Shown: piece by piece, positions 1 to 15,514 of the stretch
How the letters are laid out: every line of letters starts with the position of its first letter
Numbering within the stretch: the stretch's first letter is position 1
NCBI RefSeq assembly: GCF_009914755.1
Contig: NC_060927.1
Source: the human T2T-CHM13v2.0 reference genome, Homo sapiens
Direction: 5' to 3' (one strand)
DNA: 64,000 nucleotides
The notes under the pieces: model-generated
The model's database searches: none
The model's input: only the letters and a program-made list of their open reading frames with translations
Told to the model about the DNA's origin: nothing
Program-made: the position numbers and the translations under genes

Positions 1-299
1 CTGGAGCATTCTTTTCTGGGAAATTTGGCCACACCAAGAAAAGATCTAAAAATGATAACATTCAGAATTTCCCAATAAAAGAGTCCAGCTAGATCTTCCT
101 ACTGTGAAGTCTGCAATAGAAAAACTATGTGTATGCGCTTCTAAAAAAGCTTTTAATCTACCACTTATAATACGAACAGGTAGAGAAAAAAATAAACAAG
201 CATCTTGGAGGAGGCAGATTTTATAAAGATTAAGGGGAACTTTAAAATAAGTGTTATTACTAAATTCAGAGTTAAGAAAAATATGTTGAATCCATGGAA

Positions 300-2900
300 A
301 AATAATGGGATGCTGTGTCAAACAAACAAGCAGAGAATGAATTATTCTTAAAAATTAAAACAGCAGAAATATACACTTGAGAAAAACTTGAAAGATAAAA
401 ATATTCTCAGAGATAGAGCAAAACAAATTTTTTAAAAGAATCTAAGACACAAAAAATTTTTAGAAGTTAATATAAGACAATAGAGAACCACTTTAGGAGA
501 TGTAACATCAAACTGACAGAAAATCTGGAAAGAGATAATAGAAAAACTAGAAAGTAGGAAACGATAATTCAAGAAAATTTGTCAGAAATGAAGAATATCA
601 ATTTCCAGATTATGCCCAGCACAATAGCCAAAAATCAGCTAACACAAAGGTACATAATTATTCAATTTCAGGACTTGAAGGCAAAGGAAAGGGATTCTAA
701 AAGCTTCCAGAAAGAATATAAACATGATCAATAATTAGAAAGGCTTGTGATCTATGGAAGTTACAGTAAAGCTAGAGGACAATGCAGAAATGCCTTCAAG
801 ATGTGGAGAAAAAATAATTTTGAATCAATAATTACTAAACCCAGCAGAGCTATATAAGTCAAGTGTGAGGGTAGACTAAAGATATTTTCAAACCTGAAAT
901 CTTTCAAGTATAGTCATTCATCATTTAACGACAGGGACACGTTTTGAGAAATGCATCTTTAGGCAATTTCGTTGTTGTATGAACACCATAGAGTGTACTT
1001 ACACAAACCTAGATGATGTTGCCTGCTACACACCAAGGCTAGAAGCTATGGCCTACTGCTCCTAGGCTACAAACCTGTACAGCATGTTACTGAACTGAAT
1101 ACTGTAGGTAATTGTAACATCATGATTAGTATTTGCATATCTAAATATAGAAAATACAATATAAAATATTATAGATAACACACCTGTATAGAACACTTAC
1201 CATGAATGGAGCTTATAGGAACGGATGTTGCTCTGGGTGAGTCAGAGAGTGGGTGGTGAGTGAATGAGAAGGTCTAGGATATTACTGTACACTACTATAG
1301 ACTTTATAAATACTCTACACGTAGGCTACACTAGTTGTATAAAAACATTTTTCTTTCTTTAAAAATAAATTAAAATAAATTTACTCTAACATTTTTACTT
1401 TATAAACTTTTTACTTTTTTTAACTTTTTGAATCTTTTGTAATAGCACTTAGCTTGAAACACAAGCACATTGTATAGCTGTATGAAAATATGTTTTTAAT
1501 ATACTTATTTTATAAGCTTCTTTCTATTGGTAAAGCATCTTATTATTATTATTTATTTTTTAAACATTTTTGTTAAAAACTAAGACATAAACACACAGAT
1601 TAACCTAGGCCTACTATGGGTCAGGATCATCAGTAATCTGTCTTCTACCTGCACATCTTCTGTCTTCTACCTGCACATCTTTTTTCCACTGGAAGGTCAT
1701 CAGGGGCAAAAGCATGCATGGAGCTGTCATTCCTGTGATAATATTGTCTTCTTCTGGAATAGCTACCCAAGAACCTGCCTGAGGGTTTATTACAATTAAC
1801 TATTTTTCATGTAAGTAAAAGAAGTACACTCTAGAATAATAATAAGCAAGTATAGTATAGTAAATACGTAAACCAGTAACATTATCATTTATTATCATTG
1901 TTAAGTATTATGCATTATACATGATTGTATGTGCTATACTTGTAAACAGCTGGCAGCCGGTTGGTGTAAACTGGTTTGTTTACACCAACATCAGCACAAA
2001 CCATGAGTAATGCATTGGGCTAGGATCCTGCTTTCCAGCTCCATTATAATTTTATGAGTCTACTGTCTATATGTGGTTCATTGTTTACCAAAACATCGCT
2101 ATGTGGTACATGACTGTAATTTATCGCCCATGCTGTCTTTCTTACAAAACTACTGGAAAACTTGTTTCACCCTAATGAGAGAGTAAATCAAGAAAGAGAA
2201 AAACAGGATGCAGGAAATAGAAGCTCCAACTCAGAAAAGAGAGAAAGAGATTGCTCCAGGTTGGAGTTGAAGGTAAATTTCAGGATCATGGAATTTCCAA
2301 GGCATGGATCACAACCAATCTAGTTGGAGCAGATCAGAGGCCTCTGAAGAGTTGCATTCAGGAACTTGATACAATTTTTATGAATTTCAAACAACTCAGG
2401 AAGAGTTAGGACACAGAAGACTAAACCAACAAAAAACACTATGGTTAATACCAACAAAGTATACAGAGAGTTGCTCAAGAAAAGAAAAATAATTCTAGTG
2501 TAAAATGCAGCCCAGCCAGAATTTAAAAAAATATAGTAATAATGTAAACCTTGAATATTGCTCTAACTAAAGTTAAAACTCTCTTTGAAGTATGTAGAAA
2601 TTTATGCAGTAGAGAGGGTTAGACAGTGAAAATAATGCTAAATTCACATTCCCCATTGTGGAAAATCAACAAATTGACATTTAACTTTTTTTAAAGCATC
2701 AATATTACAACGTTATTTGATAATATGTAGGTAAAGAAACATCTACAAATGTTGAAAGTGAACTCTGAGGTGTGGGAAATGTGGTTGTTAGGGAGAGAGG
2801 TGATGGATTTCTATTTCACAATTTTAATGGAAATTTTTGACTCATTCAACCGTCTGTGTGTATATACATCTATGTATATGTCTATATAAATATCTATCGT
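300..2900 (+). mobile_element. Ancient HAL1/L1ME-like LINE fragment (ORF1-like region), split by Tigger3b
   Basis: A-rich degenerate ORF1-like motifs (attctaaaagcttccagaaag; aatgccttcaagatgtggagaaaaaataattttgaa; gagtaaatcaagaaagagaaaaacaggatgcaggaaa) on both sides of the Tigger. Boundaries approximate. Confidence 0.55.
911..2116. mobile_element. Tigger3b/MER7-type (GOLEM) Tc1/mariner non-autonomous DNA transposon
   Basis: Terminal inverted repeats (t)agtcat... / ...catgactg, TA dinucleotide on each side (909-910, 2117-2118), recalled Tigger3 motif catagagtgtacttacacaaacctagatg, ~1.2 kb length. Confidence 0.85.
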
Positions 2901-4719
2901 TGAACACAAAAAATTAATTATAAATTTAAGAAGAGTTAGTGCTGGTTATGTTTTATTACAGCATTTTCTCTTGCGTTCACCTTAGTCACATTGTCTCATT
3001 GTTGGAAACCTAAAAGTAAATTAATATTGGTATTTGCCACCTATGTTTTAAGAATATTTTATTTTATTTAAAATTGTAAAATTGGATGCTTTACTCTTTA
3101 ATCAATATAATTATTTTAATGTTATTTATGGTTTAGCTGGCATAGATAGACTAAGGATTGTATTACATTTTTTTAAGTGCTTTCCGTCACAAAACTCTGA
3201 TCATTCCAAAGAGCTGCTAGGATAAGTTTGGGCCACCTGTAACTTCTTAAATGATCTTAAGGTGTGCTGATGTTGCATGCAATAGAGAAGAAGTCAATCA
3301 TGCTTATTGGTAGTACAGAGAAATGAGCCATAAGTGACTTTGGAATCATATTTTCCTACTTCACAGATAATTTGACTTCAGGTAATATTTACTGAACTTG
3401 AGATTCACTGGCACTTTGTTCACTTCTATAAAGTATGCAAAATCTTTAGGTACAGGTTTTCTAAATCACTCCCATTGCTCTTTATTTCAAGATCTAGCTC
3501 ATACTGTCCTTTCTAGATTTGAAAGCTCATTTGAAAACATATTTTCTTTTCACCTCATTATCCATTTATTTTATTTTTTTCTTACTTGCTTTATTATTTT
3601 GAAATACTTCACTGAACTTTTTGACACCTGGTTTGTAGGAGAGAGAATCTGCTATTTCAGATTCTTGCTGATATTCCTTGCTGGTATTTTAGAATACAGA
3701 AAAAAATATAAAACTATTAGATAATGTTGTACAAGTTATTGATGTAGAAAAGGTAAAATAAAAGCCTCGTCTGTTCTACTTATTGTTCTCTTCATCCTCT
3801 CTAGTATATATCTTCTTGGTTTTCCCTAAGTGTTGCAACTCATTAAATTTTACTAATCATTTTTTTCTGATTAAGGAGATGACTTACTGCTTCCACTATT
3901 TTACCATAAAATGGAAACAATAAATGAAACACTTCTAAAAGATCAGTTAATTTAGGAGACCAATAGTAAATAACATCCTTTTAAAAGAGGCCAAGCTTAT
4001 TATCATGTAGTCAATATACTTAAAGAATTTCCAAGCCATTTTGGTCCTTTTTGTTCCTCTAAGAATTAAACACACATACACCCAGAGCCATACACAAATA
4101 ATTCTTTAAGTATCACCACATAGACCACTGGGTAAGTGTCCCTATTTTTCTCCTGAGCAGTCTACATATGTATACTACATTTGATCCAAGCCAGAAATTT
4201 TTACCTATGTTACATTTGAGTTCTAATATATGACAAGAAAGCAACTAGGTTATACCAGGACCTACGTCATCATGATAACAAATTTTTCACTATTGGTTCT
4301 ATAATTCTTTAATTTTGTAATTTCAGCAACATGGTTATTTAAGTAAACAAAAATATTCATAATTGAAGACCACAGATGATAGTGACATCCTTATATTCCT
4401 CCCTGCATTTAGATTTTTTCTCAGTTTTATATTAGGTATTTGAGGGAAAAAAAAGCTTGTTTCACATACCGAAGTAGTTAATGGGTAATCACAAAATTTT
4501 AGGTGAAAGGACTCATGTAATCCTGAATTTAATAATAATGATAAGAACAGCACCAAGTTACAATCTTTTAATGGCCCAGCTATAAGAAGTTGTGTAATAT
4601 GAATACATATTTTAAGGGAAACTATAATATTTCTATAAACACTATCCTGGCTGTGCAAGTCAATGAATCAACTTCTAATTGTTAAAAAATAACACATTTT
4701 AGTGTAATCATAAGTTTTC

Positions 4720-6322
<1,603 letters not shown>

Positions 6323-6774
6323 TGAAACTGACCCAATAGTCCCATAGACTGTTCTTTTGGATAAACATAGAAATTGACCTTTCTCGTCTTAAAGCTTGAA
6401 GCTTACATTTGTTTTATGTTAGTTCCTTCCTCAGCAAAGGACCCTCAGGCCTCTGGAGAAAAAAAAGTATCGAAGAACTGAAACTCATGAGATCACCACA
6501 GCCAGACAATGAGACTTTGGACCCCTCATTCATCCTGATTGCTTCTTTGCTCCTCCCTCGTTCCTATTTTCTTACACATATTATATTTTTTTCCCTGCTA
6601 TGTAAACCCCGAGTTTTAGTGGTCAGGCAGATGGATTTGAGGTTGAGCTCCCATCTCCTCAGCTGCAGCACCCAATTAAATCCTTCTTCCTTGGCAATAC
6701 TTTTTGTGTCAGTGATTGGCTTTCTGTGCTGTGAGCAGCAGGACCTAGACTGAAACCCTGGTGTTTCAGGAATA
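6323..6774 (+). mobile_element. ERV1-class solo LTR (LTR26-like, tentative)
   Basis: Starts tgaaactgacccaatagtcccatag, has ATTAAA signal near 6675, ends ctggtgtttcaggaata (degenerate ...gtaaca); ~450 bp. Confidence 0.65.
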
Positions 6775-6835
6775 AATTTGCTCTTCTTTCTGGGCTATTT
6801 TTTCACCTTTTAACAAAAAAATTCAGCTAAAAAAA

Positions 6836-9800
6836 TGGGATACATGTACAGAACGTGCAGGTTTGTTACATAGATATACATGTGTCATGGTGGTTTGCTG
6901 CACCTATTGACCCGTCCTCTAAGTTCCCTCCCCTCATCCCCCAACCCCCAACAGACCCTGGTGTGTATTGTTCCACTCTCTGTGTCCATGTGTTCTCAAT
7001 GTTAAACTCCCACTTATGGGTGAGAACATGTGATGTTTGGTTTTCTGTTCCTGTGTTAGTTCGCTGAGGATGATGGCTTCCAGCTTCATCTATTTCCCTG
7101 CAAAGGACATCATCTCATTCCTTTTTATGGCTGTATAGTATTCTATGGTGTATATATACCACACATTCTTTATCCAGTCTGTCGTTGATGGGCATTTGGG
7201 TTGATTCCATGTCTTTGCTATTGTAAATAGTGCTGCAGTAAATATACGTGTGCATGTGTCTTTATAGTAGAATGATCTATATTCCTTTGGGTGTATACCC
7301 AGTAATGGGATTGCTGGGTCAAATGGTATTTCTGGTTCTAGATCCTTGAGGAATCGCCATACTGTCTTCCACAATGGTTGAACTACATTCCCACCAACAT
7401 TGTAAAAGTGTTCCTATTTCTCCACATCCCTGCCAGCACCTGTTGTTTCCGGACTTTTTAATAATTGCCATTCTGACTGGCATGAGATGGCATCTCATTG
7501 TGGTTTTGATTTGCATTTCTCTAGTGATCAGTGATGTTGAGCTTTTTTTCCATAGGTTTGTTGGCCGCATAAATATCTTTTCTTGAGACGTGCCTGTTCA
7601 TATACTTTGACTACTTTTCAATGGGGTTGTTTGTCTTTTTCTTGTAAATCTGTTTAAGTTCCTTGTAAATTCTGGATGTTAGACCTTTGTCAGATGGGTA
7701 GCTTGCAGAAATTTTCTCCCATTCTGTAGGTTGCCTGTTCACTCTGATGACAGTTTCTTTTGCTGTGCAGAAGCGCTTTAGTTTAATTAGATTCCATCTG
7801 TCAATTTTGGCTTTTGTTGCAATTGCTTTTGGCATTTTTGTCATGAAGTCTTTGCCCATGCCTATGTCCTGAATGGTATTGCCTAGGTTTTCTTCAAGGG
7901 TTTTTATGGTTTTGCATATTATGTTTAAGTCTTTAATCCATCTTGAGTTAATTTTTGTATAAGGTGTAAGGAAAGGGTCCAGTTTCAATTTTCTGCATAT
8001 GGCTAGCCAGTTTTCCTAGCACCATTTACTGAATAGGAGATCCTTTCCCCATTGCTTGTTTTTGCCAGGTTTGTCAAAGATCAGATGGTTGTGGATGTGT
8101 GGTGTTATTTCTGAGGTCTCTGTTCTGCTCCATTGGGTAATATGTCTGTTTTGGTGCCAGTACCATGCTGTTTTGCTTACTGTAGCCTTGTAGTGTAGTT
8201 TGAAGTCAGGTACCATGATGCCTCCAGCTTTGTTCTTTTTGCTTAGCATTCTCTTGGCTATACCGGGTCTTCTTTGGTTCCATATGAAATTTAAAGTAGG
8301 TTTTTTTTTTAAATTCTTTGAAGAATGTCAATGGTAGTTTGATGAGAATAGCATTGAATCTATAAATTACTTTGGGCAATATGGTCGTTTTCATGATCTT
8401 GATTCTTCCTATCCATGAGGATAGAATTTTTGTTTGTTTGTTTGTGTCCTCTCTTATTTCCTTGAGTAGTGGTTTGTAGTTCTCCTTGAAGAGGTCTTTG
8501 CATCCCTTGTTAGCTGTATTCCTAGGTATTTTATTCTCTTTGTAGTGATTGCAAATGGGAGTTCACTCATGATTTGGCTCTCTGCTTACCTATTATTGGT
8601 GTAAAGGAGTGCTTGTGATTTTTGCGCATTGATTTTGTATCCTGAGACTTTGCTGAAGTTGCTTGTTAGTTCAAGAAGTTTTTGGGCTGAGATGATGGGG
8701 TTTTCTAAATATAAATTCATCTTATCTGCAAACAGAGACAACTTGACTTTCTCTCTTCCTATTTGAATACCCTGTATTTCTTTCTCTTGCCTGATTTCCC
8801 TGGCCAGAACTTCCAATACTATGTTCATTAGGAGTGATGAGAGAGGGCATCCTTTTCTTGTACCAGCTTTCAAAGAGAATCCTTCTGGCTTCCCATTCAA
8901 TATGATATTGGCTGTGGGTTTGTCATAAACAGCTCTTATTATTTTGAGATATGTTCCATCAATACCTAGTTTATCGAGAGTTTTTAACATGAAGGGATGT
9001 TGAATTTTATGAAAGGCCTTTTCTGCATCTATTGAGATAATTATGTGGTGTTTGTTTTTGGTTCTGCTCATGTGATGGATTACATTTATTGATTTAAGTA
9101 TGTTGAACAAGTCTTGCATCTCAGGGATGAAGCCAACTTGATCGTGGTGGATAAGCTTTTTGATGTGCTGCTGGATTTGGTTTGCCAGTATTTTATTGAT
9201 GATTTTCTCATTGATGTTCCTCAGGGATATTGGCCTGAAGTTTTCCTTTTTTGTTGTGTCTCTTCCTGGTTTTGGTATCAGGATGATGCTGGCTTCATAA
9301 AATGAGTTAGGGAGGAGTCTCTCTTATTCAATTGTTTGGAATAGTTTCAGAAGGAATGGTACCAGCTCCTCTTTGTATTCCTGGCAGAATTCAGCTGTGA
9401 ATCTGTCTAGTCCTAGGGTTTTTTTGTTTGGTAGTCTATTAATTACCGCCTCAATTTCAGAGCTTTGTATTGGTCTATTCAGGGACTCAACTTCTTCCTA
9501 GTTTAGTCTTGGTAGAATGTATACATCCAGGAATTCATCCATTTCTGCTAGGTTTTCCAGTTTATTTGTGTACAGGTGCTTATACTACTCTCTGATGGTA
9601 GTTTGTATTTCTGTGGGGTCAGTGGTGGTATCCCGTATGTCATTTTTTATTTTGTCGATTTGATTCTTCTGTCTTTTCTTCTTTATTAGTCTAGCTTGTG
9701 GTCTATCTATTTTGTTATTTTTTTTTCAAAAAACCAGTTCCTGGATTTGTTGATTTTTTTGGAGGATTTTTTTTTTTATCTCTATCTCCTTCAATTCTTC

Positions 9801-12800
9801 TCTGATCTTAGTTATTTCTTGTCTTCTGCTAGTTTTGGATTAGTTTGCTCTTGCCTCTCTAGCTCTTTTAATTGTGATGCTGGGTGTCGATTTGAGATCT
9901 TTACAGCTTTCTGATGTGGGCATTGAGTGCTATAAGTTTCCCTCTTAACACTGCTTTAGCTGTGTCCCTGAGATTCAGGTACATTGTCTCTTTGTTCTCA
10001 TTGGTTTCAAAGAAGTTCTTGATTTCTGCCTTAATTTCATTATTTACCCAGAAGTCATTCAGGAGCAGATTGTTCAATTTCCATGAAATTGTGTGGTTTT
10101 GAGTGAGTTTCTTAATCCTGATTTCTAATTTGATTGCACTGTGGTCTCAGAGACTGTTATGATTTCCGTTATTTTGCATTTGCTGAGGAGTGTTTTACTA
10201 CCAATTATGTGGTCGATTTTAGAATAAGTGCCACATGGCACTGAGAAGAATGTATATTCTGTTTATTTGGGGTAGAGATTTCTGTAGACATGTACTAGGT
10301 CCACTTGATCCACTGCTGAGTTCAAGTCCTGAATATCCTTGTTAATTTTCTGTCTCGTTGATATGTCTAATATTGACAGTTGGTTTTAAAGTCTCCCACA
10401 ATTATTGTTTGGGAGTCTAAGTGTCTTTGTAGGTCTTTAGGAACTTGTTTTATAAATCTGGGTGCTCCTTTATTGGGTGTATATATATTTAGAATAGTTA
10501 GCTTTTCTTTTGTTGAATTGTTCCCTGTACCATTATGTAATGCCCTTTGTCTTTTTTTGATCTTTGCTGGTTTAAAGTCTGTTTTGTCAGAGACTAGGAC
10601 TGCAACCCCTGCTTTTTTTTTTTTTTTTTTCTTTCCATTTGCTTGGTAAATTTTCCTCCATCCCTTTATTTTGAGCCTATGTGTGTCTTTTCATGTAAGA
10701 TGGGTCTCCTGAATACAGCACACTGATGGGTCTTATTCCTCATCCAATTTACCAATCTGTGTCTTTTCACTGGGGCATTTAGCCCCTTTACATTTAAGGT
10801 TAGTATTGTTATGTGTGAATTTGATCCTGGCATCATGCTGCTATTTGGTTATTTTGCACACTAGTTGATGCAGTTTCTTCAAAATGTCATTGGTCTTTAT
10901 ACTTTGGTGTGTTTTTGCAGTGGCTGGTACCAGTTATTCCTTTCCGTATTTAGTGCTTCTTTCAGAAGCTCTTTCAAGGCAGGCCTAGTGATAACGAAAT
11001 CCCTCAGCATTTGCTTGTCTGGGAAGGATTTTATTTCTCCTTCACTATGAAGCTAAGTTTGTCTGGATACGAAATTCTGGGTTGGAAATTCTTTTCTTTA
11101 AGAGTGTTGAATACTGGCCCTCAATCTCTTCTGGCTTGTAGAGTTTTGACTGAGAGGTCTGCTGTTAGTTTGATGGGCTTCCCTTCATAGGTGATCTGGC
11201 CTTTCTCTCTGGCTGCCCTTAACAGTTTTTCCTTCATTTCAACCTTGGAGAATCTGATGATTATGTGTCTTGGGGTTGATCTTCTCATGGAGTATCTTAA
11301 TGGTGTTCCCTGTATTTCCTGAACTGCATGTTTGCCTGTCTTGCTAATTTGGGGAAGTTCTCCTGGATAATATCCTGAAGTGTGTTTTGCAGCTTGTTGC
11401 CATTCTCCCCATCTACTTCTGGTACTCCAATCAATCGTAGGTTCAGTCTTTTTGTAAAGTCTCTTATTTCTTGGAGGCTTTGTTCATTCCTTTTCATTCT
11501 TTCTTCTCTATTCTTGTCTGCATGTCTTATTTCAGTAAAGTGGTCTTCAGATTCTGATATGCTTTCTTCTGCTTGGTCGACTTGGCTGTTGATACTTGTT
11601 TACGCTTCATGAAGTTCTAGTGCTGCATTTTTTTTTCCAGCTCCATCAGGTCATTTATGTTCTTCTTTACAATGATTATTCTAGTTCGCAGTTCCTCTAA
11701 ATTTTTATCAATGTTCTTAGCTTGTTTGCATTGAGTTACAACATACTCCTTTAGCTGATCATAGTTTTTTATTGCCCATCTTCTGAAGCCTCCTTCTGTC
11801 AAGTCATCCCTCTGATCCTCCACACAGTTCTGTGCCCTTGATGGAGAGATGTTGCAATCGTTTGGAGGGGAAGAGGCACTCTGGCCTTTTGGGCTTTCAG
11901 CATTTTTTCATTGATTCTTTCTCATCTTTGTGAGTTTGTCTAGATTTGGTCTTTGAGGCTGCTGACCCTTAAGTGGGGTTTTTGTGGGGGCCTTTTGTTG
12001 TTTTGTTGATGCTGTTGTGTCACTTTCTGCTTGTTTGTTTTTCTTTCAATAGTCAGGTCCCTCTTCTATAGGGCTACCACAGTTTGCTGAGGGTTCACTT
12101 CAGGCCCAATTCATGATTCACTCCCTTGCCTGGATATGTCACTCAAGGAGGCTGGAGAGCAGCAAAGATGGGTGCCTGCTCCTTCTTCTGGGACCTCTGA
12201 CCTCGAGGGGCACCAACATGATGCCAGTAGGATTGTTCCTATATAGGGTGTCTGACAACCCCTGTTGGAGGGTCTCACTCACTTGGGTGGCATAGGGGGC
12301 AGGACCCATTTAATGAAGCACTTGTTCCTTGGTGGAGAGTGTGTTTCACTGAGGGGAAACCCACTCATCTGGGCAGCCTGGATTCCTCAGAACTACCAGG
12401 ACCAGAGGCTAAGTCTGCTGGTCTGCAGAGACTGCAGCCACCACCCCACCTAGGGGCTCAGGCCCAGAGAGATCTGGGTTCTGTCCTTGAGCTTCTGGCT
12501 GGAGTTACTGGAGATCCTTCAGGGAGGCCCTGCCCAGTGAGGAAGGATGGGTCAGGGTTGGGCGTGAAGAGGCCCTCTGGCCGCAGACTGCCACAGCCGG
12601 TGTGTTTGGCTGTGGGGACAAGTCTTGGGACCAACTTGTCCAGCCTCCCCAGCTCCACCAGGGGAAAATCGCATTCTGGACCTATAGAAATGGGTGCTGC
12701 CCTTTACCTACCCAGGGAGCTTAGCATGTAAGGCAGTTGTGAGTCCCAGTGATGGCTGCTGCCCCTCCTCCAAGGAGCACAAATGGCTTAGACAGCAGGC

Positions 12801-13238
12801 AGTTGCAGCTGGTGCTGGTCACCCCTCTCCCCAGGAGCTTGGTGGACTTAAGCAGATTCTAGCTGAGAGGCTGTAAGAATCTGTCAATTCTGGAGTTGGG
12901 ATGCTAGGCCCTGGTGGTGTGGGTTCGCGAATGGGATCTTCTGGTTCATGGGTTGGACAATTCCGTAGAAAAAGCACAGTTTCCCCGGCTGGGTAGTGCA
13001 CTCACTCACCGCCTCCCTTGGCTGGGGGGAGGGGGTTCCCCTTCCCTATGTGGCTCTCAGGTGGGCTGTCACACCACACTGCTCTTCTTTTTCTTCATAG
13101 GTCACACCAGCCTTCTAGTCAATTTTGATGAGAGAACCTGAATGCCTTGGTTGCTGGTGAAGGATTCACATGCATATTAAGGGTTTTTCTGATGGGAGCC
13201 TCTGATCGCCACTGCTTCTAGTTGGCCATCTTGGCCCC
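6836..13238 (-). mobile_element. Near full-length L1PA8-like LINE-1 (5'UTR, ORF1, ORF2, 3'UTR), inactivated
   Basis: ORF2 fragments ([15 protein letters not shown]; [16 protein letters not shown] = mutated FADD; [20 protein letters not shown]; KDTCTRIFTAALFTIAKTW), ORF1 fragments (RLNLRLIGVPEVDGENG), 5' end ggccatcttggcccc; many stops and frameshifts. Confidence 0.95.
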
Positions 13239-13239
13239 A

Positions 13240-14680
13240 CCTTATTTTTTTATCTTATCTTTCAACTGTTGCACTGAGATTTTTTTTATTATCATATTTT
13301 ACATTTTTAATAGGTTTCTTGTTCTCTAAGCACACACATATATGTATATGATTCTATCTTTGTGTCGTGAATGCAATTTCTTTTTTAAATTTTTCTGGGA
13401 TTATTAATACATATATATTTGAGGTTTTCATCTCCTTGTATAGTCTGTTTCCTCCTAGTGCTTTTTCTCTATTTGTATATTTGTAGGTTTTGTTTCTATC
13501 ATTCATGTTACAGGCTTTCATGAGGTGTCTACTAATCCTTTTTAAATCTGTTCTGTGAAGTAGGGGACCAAAAACTGTTTAAAAGCTATAGCCTTGTTGA
13601 ATTTTTTTGGTTGAAAGTTTACAACCAATTCACCATAGAATGAACTGGTTGTAATCTTTGGCTGGGAAACCTCAAATGACGGTGTCTTTTCTTTTGAAAA
13701 GAAGAGTAGTCTTGCCTAAAGAGTAGTTTTGCCTAGGGAAGAATAATTTTGCCTAAAGTTACAAGTCTGGCTGCCAGCTTTCTAGAAACTGAATGGTGAG
13801 AGAAATATGGTCAGTTTTAATGTTGGGTACGAACTCATGGGCTGCTCAGTTTTAATGTTGGGTACAAACTCACCGGCTGCTCCTATTTGGGTATAGCATC
13901 CTTTTTTTACTTTTCCTCTTGAGAAATCCGGGGACTTTCCTTTCCATTCTTCCTGGAAAATAAGCCTCCAAGAGACTTCTGCTGAAATGTTGAGTGAGAT
14001 CTGGATTTTCAACAATTTCTCAAATAGACTTTCATCAAATTCCAATTTGTGTTAACCAACCCCTTTTCCTTCTCCTTAGATATTTATGCTGTTATCATTT
14101 CTTATCTTTTTTTTTCCCCCGGAGATAGGGTCTTGCTCTTCACCCAGACTGGAGTGCAGTGGTGTGTTCTTAGCACACCACAACCTTGAACTCCTGGGCT
14201 CAAGTGATCCACCCCTCAGTCTCCTTAGTAGCTAGAGCTGCAAGTGTGCACCACCACACCCAACTAAGTAATTAATTAATTAATTATTATTTTTTTTCTA
14301 GAGATGAGATCTGACTATGTTGACTAGGCTGATACCAAACCCCTAACCCCAAGTGATCCTCCTGCCTCAGCCTCCCAAAGTGCTAAGTTTATACTTTGGT
14401 GTTATGCACCCAGACTCATTTCTTACCTTTCATGAATTCTGAGGCACCACTAGATTGCTTCCTGGCTTTCCCACTGCTGCATAAGTGTTGAGTATCTTTG
14501 GGCCTTCTAAGTCCATGATCACTTGTTCTTGCACATTCCATACTCCAAAAAGTTGTGCCTAATATGCTTTGATTTATTCTATTTATTTTTGTGAGTTACA
14601 TTTTAAAATCAATTTACTTTTATTTTTTAGAAGTTTTGTGAGGGACCAGAAATAAATATATATGGACAAATTGTCCTCTT
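13240..14680 (-). mobile_element. HAL1/L1ME-like fragment, 5' continuation
   Basis: T-rich degenerate LINE sequence that reads continuously with 6775-6810 once the L1PA is removed. Confidence 0.4.
14107..14415 (-). mobile_element. AluJ
   Basis: Diverged Alu (ccttgaactcctgggctcaagtgatcc); TSD tcatttctta(t/c)cttt at 14095 and 14416. Confidence 0.88.
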
Positions 14681-15211
14681 TAAAGGACAGTTTGAGTAGT
14701 AAACATTTATTCCAATATAACTATATGCATGTATACATATTATGTAAATGTATAAATAAAGTGTAAAATGTTTATCAACCTTCTTAAATGACCATTTTTG
14801 AACCCCACGTAAGAGTTAATTGTGTAGCCATTTGTCATTTCTTTCATTACCTTTTTTCTGCCTTTGAAATAGTCTTAGAGCTCCTTTGTTTTGCTGAACT
14901 AGGAAATAGATAGAAATTAAGAAATTAACAGAATTGATAAAATAAATTGATATTTGCTTGTTAATTTCGAATTCTTATGATCATTCAGCAGCGTAAGTAT
15001 TGCTTCCATTTTAAATATAGGGAAACTCAGGCTCTAAACTAATTTGCCTAAATTTTTCAAAATAGTGTGACTGGAATATAACAAGACTGAAATCCAACTA
15101 GCTGGAAATGTTGTAGCATTTATACACAAGAAACACATGTATGCACATGTATGTAATTACTATATAAGTTATTCTATAAGAAACTTACTTAAAAAAATAA
15201 AAGCCCATCAG

Positions 15212-15514
15212 AGGGGATTACAGCTCATGCTTGTAATCCCAGCACTTTGGGATGCCAAGGTGGGCAGAACACCTGAGTCAGGAGTTTGAGACCAGCCTGG
15301 CCAACATGGCGAAACCCCGTCTCTACTAAAAATACAAAAATTAGCCAGGTGTGGTGGTGTGTGCCTGTAGTCCCAGGTACTCTGGAGGCTGAGACAGGAG
15401 AATCGCTTGAACTGGGACGCAGAGATTGCAGTGAGCTGAGATTGTGCCACTGCACTCCAGCCTGGGTGACAGAGTAAGACTCTGCCATCTAAAAAAAAAA
15501 AAAAAAAAAAAAAA
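15212..15514 (+). mobile_element. AluS (Sx/Sz-like)
   Basis: Full dimer with A-tail; TSD gcccatcag at 15203-15211 and 15516-15524. Confidence 0.92.

Noticed and set aside
7090-11823. Functional reverse transcriptase/endonuclease gene
   Set aside because: L1 ORF1/ORF2 are fragmented by stops and frameshifts; the catalytic FADD motif is mutated to FADK.
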